A DNA stretch of 64,000 nucleotides from Trichinella spiralis (lineage: Eukaryota): NCBI RefSeq assembly GCF_000181795.1, contig NW_003526940.1:2393346-2457345 (forward strand), in the 5' to 3' direction. A model generated the notes under the pieces. It worked only from the letters and a program-made list of their open reading frames with translations, was not told the origin of the DNA and searched no databases. This document shows positions 38,901 to 50,500 of the stretch, in pieces. Positions within the stretch are counted from its first letter, which is position 1. Each line of letters opens with the position of its first letter. Position numbers and translations under genes: made by a program.

Positions 38901-41487
38901 TTCAAAGATGGTTTAATAGAATACTTGGATGTTAGTGAAGAAGAAAGCGCTTTAATTGCAGTCTATGATTCTGAAATTACTGAGTTGGTTTTTAAAGTTT
39001 ATCATCTTTATTTTATTATCTTTTCCATTTTCTTTTTTTATTATCTACGCAGGAAAACAACTCATCTGGAAATTGAACCGTTTACACTTTTCGGAGTATG
39101 CGCTGGACTGATACCGTATCCAAATCACAATCAGTCTCCAAGAAATACATATCAGTGCGCTATGGGCAAGCAAGCGATGGGCATCATTGCATACAATCAG
39201 AGCATTCGTATGGATTCATTGCTTTATGGTCTGGTATATCCTCAACGACCTCTTGTGAAAACTAAAGTAAATTCTGTTTTGCGTTATTATTATTTTTTCT
39301 TTCAATATTGTTTTATTTTGTATCTTGCTTGAATGTTGAACATTTAGACTATTGAACTGATTAATTTCGAATGCCTTCCAGCTGGTCAAAATGCAATCGT
39401 TGCTGTCATGTCATACAGCGGTTACGATATTGAGGATGCAATTATACTGAATAAAGCATCTTTAGATCGAGGCAAGCAAATAATATGTTTCATTTTTTAT
39501 TTTTTTTAATTTATTTTTTGCTTTGTTAACAGATGTTAACATAATCGAGTGCATGTACTGTAGTGTGATTTATTCAAATTTTTCTTCTCAGAATAAATTG
39601 TTTACATATTAATCTGTTTAAGGGTTTGGCCGATGCCATGTTTACCGAAGTAACAAATGTTTTGTGAAGAGTTACAGCAACATGGATTCAGATCGTATCC
39701 TGGGTCCACTTGTGGACGTGACTACTGGCAAGCCAGTGTTTCGACACATGGCATTAGATGCCGAGGGCATTGTTAAACCTGGTGAAAGATATATTTTTTT
39801 TGACAATCAACCAAAGTATTATTGTACTGTAATCTTTGTTTGTAGGAAATGTGGTCAAAATTGGTCAAGTTTTGGTCAACAAGGTAGCTCCGAGGTCGGC
39901 GCTGCTTAATGAAGAAGAACCTACTGTAGTGTCTGAAACTGACTTCAAGGAAGAGCCACTGGTTTGGACTGGGGCAGCTGAAGCATATGCTGAACGGGTT
40001 TTACTCACGTCGAATTTGGATAATCAGTGCTTGATCAAAGTGTTGCTGAGACAAACTAGAAGGCCAGAATTGGGGGACAAATTCAGCAGTCGTCATGGTC
40101 AAAAAGGGTATGTAACATCCAAGCAGCAACTTGTGTTTTTATTGCCCAGGGGCATTAGTACTTTTTTTGAACATAGTAGTAGTTAAGAGACAATTACTCT
40201 TTTAAATTATGGAAGTCTTTTTGTTTTCTTTTCTTGGATAAATTTCTTTTTATTTCAGTGTAGTTGGACTGATTGTTCAACAAGAAGACATGCCATTTAG
40301 CAGCGAAGGGATTGTGCCTGACTTGATAATGAATCCACATGGTTATCCATCTCGAATGACAGTTGGGAAATTGTTAGAACTGATAAATGGTAAAGGGGGT
40401 ACCTTCACCGGTACTCCCAGATACGGCACAGGTGGGCAGTGTTTTTAACATTTGTATTTTCATATATTTGAAACATACTTGTTTATTTTAGCATTTAGTG
40501 GGGATAAAATTGAAGAAATTGCCAAAGATTTAATGCAGCACGGTTTTAATTATTTGGGAAAAGATGTACTCATTTCCGGAGTGACTGGCATGCCGTTGAA
40601 CAGTTACATATTTTTTGGTCCAATTTTTTATCAGGTTTTTCGATTAATACAAATGCAATTTGGTTGTGATGAGGTTTATTTGTTGCAGAAATTGAAGCAC
40701 ATGGTATTGGACAAAATCCATGCGCGAGGCAAAGGTCCCATGGAAAATCTTACCAGGCAACCAACAGAGGGTAGATCACGCGATGGAGGTCTGCGGTTAG
40801 GTGAGATGGAACGGGATTGTTTCATCGCTTATGGTGCGAGTGCGATACTAGTAGAGCGGTTGATGGTGTCCAGCGATGCATTCGAGGCGACAGTATGCAG
40901 TGTTTGCGGTCTGATTTGTTATCCTGGATGGTAAATTTTCAATAAGAAAATTTTTAATTTATTGGTTTGACAAATCAAATTCAAAATGAAAATGAAATTC
41001 AAATTCCTTTATTTCTGCACGCATAAAGTCCATTCATTAATGACTAACTGGACTTGAAAATCAAATCTCTTGCCATATACATTATTAATTTATTCGAAGT
41101 TATCAGTTTCAATTGTACAATATGTTTATTTAAAGGAAAAAAGAACTTATTATTGCTTTGATTGTGCTTATTTCTCGTTTTAGGTGTCAGAACTGTAAAT
41201 CTTCACAAGCTCTGGCTACTGTGTGCATGCCGTATGCGTGCAAGTTGCTGTTTCAAGAACTGCAAGCAATGAACGTGATGCCTCAGATGAAATTGCGCGA
41301 TGGAAATTTGCCTCGTTCTTTCAAAACGACTATGGAACCAAGAAAGCAGGAAAATGATGTCACATTGAAGACTGAAGAAGTGATAAATTTTCCACTTAGA
41401 AATTTGAATTATTCAGATGAGCTTAAACTTGATGATCCAGTCATGAAAATTGTTCTAAATTCAGTTCGAAATCGAGCAAAAAATTAA
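35916..41487 (+). CDS. POLR3B: RNA polymerase III second-largest subunit RPC2, multi-exon
   Basis: [121 protein letters not shown]. Confidence 0.93.
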
Positions 41488-41667
41488 TTGTTGTGAATTT
41501 ATTTATTGATTAATGTTAAATTCGAATTTAACATTGTTGATAATAAAATTTAAAGCACTAAACAGTACGTTGTTGTTGTTCGCATTTTGCTTATTTGGCA
41601 CGTGTACGATTGTTTTTGATAGCGACTGTTAGCGATTGATTAGTAAGGATGCACTTTCAGAGAAGAA

Positions 41668-44600
41668 ATGGAAAATTTTGAAAACAAATATAACGATTTG
41701 TAAGAAACTGAGATATCACCTGATCTGCTCTTTGCAAGCAACTGCAGTATAACTTAAAATAGTGATAAGTAAAATTATAATTTTTTCGGCGTTTTAGAAA
41801 TATTACTTGTAAAATACATAACTAATATTTATTGATAATTTACGGAGCTTCACTGTCGACATAATTGTGTATGTGCAATTAAAATAACTGAAGATAAAAT
41901 AAACATCAACTGTTAAACACTTATTGGTCTTAAATTAGAATAATAATTTTTAAGTGAAAAGTTAGCTGTTTTATTTGAAATAAATTCGAATTTAAAATTA
42001 ATAAAAATTGTTTATTTTGTTATTAGCATGATTATCACAGTGAACGGAGAAATGCAGGTATTTTTACCATAATCTTCTATAAACAGTGAATTTGGTTAGC
42101 TATCTCAACACTTCCATTGAATGCTTTTTATTGAAATCATTACCTTTTTATTGAAAAATAATTATAATAGGCTTTAATAATTGTAAATTATATATTTAAA
42201 ATAAAATCCGTATTGATTTGCACAGTCGAGTTGAATTACATTGCACGCTTTTGCTTTAAAATATTTTTATATTTGTTCATTTAAGTTTATAAATTAATAA
42301 ATTTATATACGTTTGAGTTCATTAATACTGTTTTAAAGTATCACGTATACTGAATGCGATAAAATCAAGTTTCAAATGATTGAAGTTCTCATTGTCCAAT
42401 TGTATATTTATTGTTTACTGAAAAATTTCAGAAAATACGTGACCAGGAAATAAAAACAAAAAATGTTATGTTAAAAAAAGATTATTGTAGGAAGCACAAA
42501 AAATTAGCATTAAAAAATCAGATATTTATTAATGTTGAATGTTGATTAAACTGACTGAGTAAAAATGTTTTGAAAAATTGATAACGCTTATTAAAATAGT
42601 TGTAATTTTTTATATGAAAAGTAGCTCTGAAAGAAATATTTTTGAAAGATATTAGGAAGTAATAAATTCTTATGCATAAATAAGTCGACAAAAAATTGGC
42701 AAGTAAATAATTTTATTTATATAAATTATGTAATTATATAAATTATTATTATGCAGTGTTTATGAGATTGTTCAAAACATGTTCCATATTTCTTTTATTG
42801 ACAAGATAATGTCATCTATTCAATAATAATGATAATGTATTTTCCGGTCAAAGTTTGATGGAAAAATGTATGTATACCCGCAAGGCAAATCAAAAAATCA
42901 CTGATATACAGATAATTAGTTGGCCCTTTAGCATAGTTTCCTTGTTCAAGAATAATTAATAATAAAAAATACTGTATTTTTTATTTTTTTTCCAGAACAA
43001 TCACATCAGTAATAATTTTATTGACCGATATGATCAAGTACAATGCTTGACATAGCTGAAGCCGGTCAGTGCTATTAAGCAGGTCGGTTTGCGTGGCATA
43101 AATTTACGATGCTCAATCAATTTTTCATTTGCCAGTAGGAATCTGTCCAGTACAGAACAAGCAGCGACAAATTATCATTTGAATCTGGCAGAAAATTTTC
43201 TCTTGAAATCATCATGATGAACGAACAGAAAGCTTGGTAAGTCAATAATTTTATATTAACATTTAAAATTATTCATTATATTCTAAAGAAATGATGAAGA
43301 TATTTTTTCTTGTTTTTATTTTTCATCACATATAAAATAATAAACAAGTTAATGACATAAATTTTAAAGCAAATTCTTTAATTTTACCAACTGCATAACT
43401 TTATTATTTTTTCAAAAAAAAAACATGATTTTCTTTTTATAATTTATTATCACACGAGCATTAGCCGCAACTTACCGTTTTGCTGGATTTCTTAGCTTCT
43501 CTTCAAATATATATATGCTTTGAGATGAAGACAACAATATCACATTTTTTGCATCATAATTATTGTTAAATCTTTTTTTTAATAACATACTTTTCTATAG
43601 CAATAAAGCTATTAAATGTTATTATAATTCTACTATTATTCTGTTAATTGAATGAAAAAAATTCAGCTTACTTTATTTTATTCAATGCTTTAAAGTGAAA
43701 ATTTTTTTTTTATTTTATACAAATTTTAAATGGAAATTTAAATAAAATTAGAAGACAATAATTTTCAATTGATAAAATTTCAATAATAAAATCTTCTTTG
43801 TTGCTTCAACAAGAACATTATTTAAAAAAATTTTTTATAAACTTTTTATTGCAATGATGACTATTTTTTTCAAAATTTTCAAATGACACCTTTCAAATAA
43901 AAATGACAAAAGTTTTAATTAAAAAAGTTCTGAATCTTACAAAATGTCATTAATATTTACACTCCATAAATAATTTTGTATAATCAACCAGTTAACTGTT
44001 AAGGAAACTGTCTAATCAATTTGAATAAAGTGATGTGTGAACAATGTAAGTTGAAATTCTAGTTTCCAATGCTTCACTGTTATAGCATCAAGCAAAAAAT
44101 TAAAAATACCAAATATTCAATATAAAATTTAATAATATAATTTATTTAATTTGTATAATTTCAAAATTATTATCTAATCGTACAAATTATTGTAAATCAT
44201 TTTTTCAATTAAACTGTTGTTATTCCAAAATAAGTCATAATAGTAAAATCTTTTATCAACAAATTTTTAGATTGGGTATCAAACTTTTTTTGAATTAAAT
44301 AATGTATTATTGTAAATTTTTATTTCTGTTTCTTTTGTTTAACTACGTAAATTTTCATGAATTTCAATGCATAATGATAAAAGCAAGCACATATTTTATT
44401 TTATTTTATTTTATTTCAGGAGTTTTGAAACTGCTGAAAATGTAGCAAAATATATTAAACAGAATACACATCATAAACCACTAATCGGCATTATCTGCGG
44501 TTCCGGTCTGGGAAAGTTGTGTGATATGCTCGAAGAGCGTGAAAGTATTGAATACAGCAAAATACCTGGCTTTCCCGTTGGCACTGGTATTCCATTTTTT

Positions 44601-45507
44601 TTAATTTAATGATAACAATAAGAATAAAGATGTTTTCTCCGTTCTTATAAAAGATAAATTTCAGTACAGGGACATCATGGAAATCTGGTGCTTGGAAAAT
44701 CTGGAGGAAAATCACTGATCTGCATGCAGGGTCGTGTACATCCTTATGAAGGTCGTTCAACTGCGTTGTGCGTACTTCCCATTCGAGTGATGAAGATGCT
44801 CGGCGTAAAAATTTTGATTATTACAAACGCTGCTGGTGGAGCAAATCAAAACTATATTCCCGGCGATATCATGCTAATAAAGGATCACATCTCGCTGCCT
44901 TGCTTGTCAGGATTTAGCCCTCTTGTTGGTCCAAACGATGAAAGGTACAAGAGCAAAAGTGTGACAAAAAAAATTGCTGACAGTTAAAATATAGATATGG
45001 CACGCGATTTCCAAGTATGAATCACGTTTATGACAAAGAATACCGAACAATGCTGAAAGAAATTGCAAAAGAGACTGGAATTCGACTACGCGAAGGAGTG
45101 TACATGATGGTGATGGGCCCTCAGTATGAAACACCGGCCGAAACGAGGATGTTGCAATTATTTGGCGCCGATGCTATCGGTATAACAACAGTAAATGACA
45201 TCTCTCAAAGTAGATAATCATATGCAATGCTTCAGGTATGAGCAGCGTTCACGAAGCAATTGCCGCAAAGCACAGCGATATGCAAGTGGTCGGAATATCA
45301 TTGATTTCAAACTTGTAAAATTATAAAATATGCTTTAGTCAAACTTCCAAAACTGCATTTCATGTAATTTTCCTTTTTAGAAGTTGTACTGACTGCGATA
45401 AAGATGCCTTAGAAGTAACGCACGAGGAAGTGCTCGACTTGATGAATACTACATCCAGCGACGTGATAAAACTGCTTAAAGCATTCATTGCTAAGCTGGA
45501 AATTTAA
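41668..45507 (+). CDS. PNP: Purine nucleoside phosphorylase (trimeric, mammalian type); two candidate first exons (41668-41699 and 43214-43236) both splice in frame to exon 44420
   Basis: IGIICGSGLG, YSKIPGFP, GHHGNL, MQGRVHPYEG, ITNAAGG, DHISLP, GPQYETPAE, GADAIGMS, SLISN. Confidence 0.93.
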
Positions 45508-47263
45508 ATTCTGCAAAAAATTTCTTACTTTCCCGACCTTGCGTGTGTGTCTAACTGCCCAATTGATCACAAAGCTTCGCTACAGTGATAACTCAACATT
45601 TTATTTTGATTATTTTGCCATTCACAGAAATTCTTAATTGATGGTCAATTAATTATCAGATAAATTAATGATTCAGAATAAGTAACTATTACTATTCCTC
45701 AAAATTATTCCAAATTGTATTGTTATTAAAATTAAAACTGACTTGGAATTTTCAAGTTAGTACACTCTGCTGTAAATCACACAAATGAACAATAAATCAC
45801 TTAACACTAGCAATGCTGAGGTAAGTTGTCAGTTAAAAACAGTAGTAAGCTAATAAATGGAACCAAAGCAAATAAAGATACGCCTATACAAACTTTGCAT
45901 ATACCAATTTTTAAATTAAAAAACTTCGTCGATCTACTCATCACAATAAAACACGAACAATTTCATGTTTGCAGAAGAGGCGGAACATAATATATATTAT
46001 CACTATATCTCCAAATTGGAGAATCTTGAGAACTTTTGGAAATTTTGGTCAAAATATTAATTATCATTGAGAAAAGAAAATTTCTTTGTGTAAAATTTAT
46101 GAAAGTAATAGTTTAATATTATTCTCAAACAGTAATTAACAAATATCATCAGATACTCTTATATTCTGTTTAATGCACAGTTTACATTGCATTTTAAAAT
46201 GGCTGCTTATTATACATATAGTCATTTAATATAAATTAGTTGCTTTTGTGCACAATCTGCCCATTAGAAACGATACTGTCAGAAACAATTTTGATATTCT
46301 AATTCCAAAAGTAAGCATTTTTCTTTTGCTAAAAGTAATTAAAACAGTGTAAAGATCTACTTTAAATGCTCGTTCTACTTCATCAAAAAAGAAGGCGGTC
46401 GAACTTCGCATTAAAATATAATTGTGAACTAGAAACCTGAAAAACTACTAGAATACTACTGGCCATAATAGCATTTCTACCAGTGAGAAATGCCAACCAA
46501 AATGATAATGTTACAAGTACTAAAATTAAACTTTATTTAATAATCTCCAGAAAATTTCTGCTTTCAAATGCATGTAGTTTGGAATTCTTAGAATGCTGAC
46601 ATAAACAGAAAGTGGAAACATATAAAAATATACACAAATTGCTCCATATTCTAATTGTTAAAAATATTAAAATGCTGTTAGCACTGCTGAGAGCAAGAAA
46701 CAAGCTTGCCAGAGATTGACGGTTAATCAACAGTAAGTGTGAAGAAATAACTTCATTGACTGCTGAATATCATGGTAATACATGTATAGTGAAGCAATTC
46801 TCGAAAACTTCAACATGCCTTACTCTATATCTAGTAATTACTGATTACTACATTACTTTATACTGCATATATTTTTATACTATTTTATGATTGTATTTAT
46901 ATAATTCGCAGTCTTGTCTTATTAATAAATAAAACATTTACATAGAGATTATTTTAAAAAAGAAAGTACTAAAAATCAATTTTATTCAGTGTCAAAAGAC
47001 GGAATGAATAAATAAAATGAAACAGCTGGGATTACTTTTTTAAAACGTAAGAACAAAAGAATTCAAAATTATAACCATAAACAGCTTTGTTTAAATTCAT
47101 TTTGATCATTTATTCCAAAATATTATTTAAAAAATATTTTACTTTGTACAACAATGTCGACTGTAAAACTGCTCAGCTAATCATAAATTCAGCCATTCAA
47201 AAACAGAACAGCCGATCAATTACTCCAACTGCTGATAATAAAAAAAACAGGCAAGATATAGTT

Positions 47264-47559
47264 CAGTGATTCCCAAGCTTTTTTTCGCTCATACCCCCAG
47301 AAGACAGGCAATCGCGTCCCGCATCCCAGTAGTCAACTCGACTTCGTAATTGAGATCAGCAGCTTTAAACTACGATGAACGGGCTCTCTGATGGTCATAC
47401 GCCAGAAGATACGCCACACGACCGGCTACACTGCAATTCAGTTATAAAAGTCGACATCTCCAGACGTAACACGTGATTCCTCCAAAGGACATTCCTGCAC
47501 CCCTCGAATAAGCTCTCCGAACCACCAGAGGTGTGAGCACCCCTGGTTGAAAACAGTTG
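47264..47559. mobile_element. hAT (Charlie/MER-like) MITE, 296 bp
   Basis: TIRs CAGTGATTCCCAAGC / GGTTGAAAACAGTTG; 8-bp TSD atatagtt / gtatagtt (7 of 8 match). Confidence 0.75.
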
Positions 47560-47597
47560 GTATAGTTGGAACAAAACAAAAGACAAAACACAGACTT

Positions 47598-50500
47598 CTA
47601 CTTTTTCAAAGTGTTAACTTCTTTCAAAAAACTACAAACAGTTACAATTTCTTCTTGATTTTCTTTAAAATACCGTATAGTTTCCCAGCATGCATCAATC
47701 AGCCGACTATCATCAGTTTCATCTAGACACAAGTCATTAATTTCAGGTGTTAATCGGAAATATGCAGCGCCCAGAGACTCGCACCAAGCTCTACATCGGT
47801 CTACAACGCAACCATCCGTCTGGCAACACTGAAATGGAATAAATGCAAATTTCAAATTGTAAACAACTTCCAGTGTGTTTATATTGCTTCTCCGCCATGT
47901 GAAAGTACTAACCTGAGTATACAACATGGTTACAAATTCTTTAAAATGGAAAAGCTTGTCAAAAATGCTCCAAGAAGACTTGAAATCTGGAGCGTATGCT
48001 TCTGTGGTACGTGTCCGGCCGGTGCCAAGCGATAAAAAGCAACCAATGTTCGAAATTTTCCGCTTCTTTTAGTGAACAAAAAAAACTGAAGATTTCGAAA
48101 AAGTAACAAGCATCAGTGTGCAACAATTACTTGGAAATTCATCACTGTATTCATTCTATTCATTTCAGTCATCAATTCCAACGAAGGATTGTTCGACATC
48201 AAGCCACCATCTATGTAAATTCCATCCAGTGGCGGAAAATAATACGGTGCAGCACAACTGGATCGTATCACTTTCCAAATGGGTAGAGCTGAAAAATATT
48301 TTCCCAATTTAAAACATATGTCTGTCTTATATGACAAACAATTTTACTCCAGAAAACGCTGAGTTTTACTCTCACATAAAATGGATCGACATCACTAATA
48401 ATGCATGTTTAACTATTTAATTCTTTTTGCATTCAAAAACTTATTTTAAAATTTCACTCCTGACATCAAATGCGTTTAACAATTTATCTCATCTAAATAT
48501 ATATATATATTTACTTATATTCAACATTTTAAATGATAATCAAGAAGAAAATATCAATTTATAAAAGTGACGACGACTTAAAAAAATTAAATAAAAACTC
48601 CATGATCATCAAAATGAAAATGAAAAGAAAAACATCGTCTAAAAGTATTTATATAATTAGTAAAAAAAATTGAAATGAACATCTAAAAATATTTTAATTG
48701 ACAAATAATTTAAAAAAAAACTGCCTATTACGAGGATTATCGTTTTGCATGTCTTCCTCTGCAGTTTGAAGTGAGTGAGGAAATGGATAGCTTCGGAACA
48801 ATTTCAATTTCGCAGGACGAGTCAACGCATTTGTAGCTGTAACAATCAACCTAACAGCAGGAAAATCAACTCTCAGATAGACAGATATTATTACGTTGAT
48901 AAAAATGCATACTTTCGAGGCATTACGCTTGCCATTTCTCTGGTTCCAAATTCTTGTTTTAAAACATTCTCCAAACCTTCTTCGCTGTATGGCTTTGTTC
49001 CGCAAAAAACAGTATCCTTCAATTGAAAATAAAGTTTTTGCATTCTGCCAAGTGAATAGCCCAAACATAGTCCAACGGCGATTATGCAACCAGTGCTTGA
49101 ACCCGCCACCCACTGAAAGTTTTTAAACCAATCAGAACCAACAGCTTGTTCAATAAGCATCAATATCTAAAAATTATGCAAACATAATTATGAAATAAAA
49201 AGAAAAAAACGAATAATAAACAAAAGCCATGAAAGGGAGAAGCAAAATACCTGTATGGTTATCAAACCGCGAATTCCACCGCCGTCAAAGGATATCAAAT
49301 TTTCAGTCATGACACTGTCGTCAGTGAATCGCTGAATAACGTTCTTAACGTTCAACATTCTCGTATACTTACACCAATCTTGAAAAGAAAAAAACTAATA
49401 TTAGAAAAGAAAAACTGATAATAATAATAACAAAAAATGGATCATTACCATCAAACTGCATCAATTCGGAACTACTTTGCAAAAATTCAAAATTTTGCAG
49501 TTGGTATCGCTTTTCATATGTTTCAATGCAAGAAACAATTTCTCTGGATATGCTGAAAATTTCATTTTTATTAAAAATCAATCACAGTAAAAATGAATCA
49601 AATTTAACTTTTCGTTTCAATTCATTCTTCATCAATTTATGTTTTTACGCTAATTATTAATGATGAATAAAATCAAAATTAACAGTAAGTGAATTTTTCT
49701 TTTCATTTCAAATGTTGTTGCCTTTATTACAGTGGTTCTCAACATTTCTTTCTCCAATGTACCCTTTTCACCGTTTGTCAGAACGTCATTCCTCCCTTTG
49801 CAAACTGTTTTTAGTTCCAAATGATCCAAATATAATACTGAAAATTTATTTATTATTATATTTGTACATGTATATTTTCTTCAATTATTTTCATAGTGGA
49901 GTTTTCCATTTCAATAGACAAAAATGTCCAGTAGATTGTCAGGATACTGTAGTAATTTATTCCATTTTCAATATACAAATCTGAAATCTGAAAATTCCCC
50001 TCCGGTTGAGAACCGCTGCATTATTATAAAATAAAACAGAATTCATGCAAAATTTTTGAATACAATTAATCGTGTTGAATAAAACAAAATGAAATAAAAC
50101 ATACTCAGATTGATTCCACTTTTCCAATTCTAACGCGATTTGAAGAGCCGTTTTGCCAGATTTTGTCACTTTAGAACTATCGGCACCGAACACAAGCAAC
50201 GCTTTAACATAAGAAAGCTGCTGCTTAGTGACCGCCAAGTGAAGAGCCGTGAAGTGATCGGCATAACGTGACGCGTTCACATCGGCCCCATAAGCAATCA
50301 ATGCGACAATATTTGATAAAGCATCCGACTGCTGCATTTGAACAAGCAATGGGGTTTCAGCTTTGTTGTTCAAAGTATTCACTGTCGCTTCATTTTTAAC
50401 ATAATTCAACAGAAGACGCAAAATCTACAAATAATATTTAAAAAAGCTAAATTATTCTAATAACTGAAAAAAATTAATTTCACAATGAACAAAATATTTT

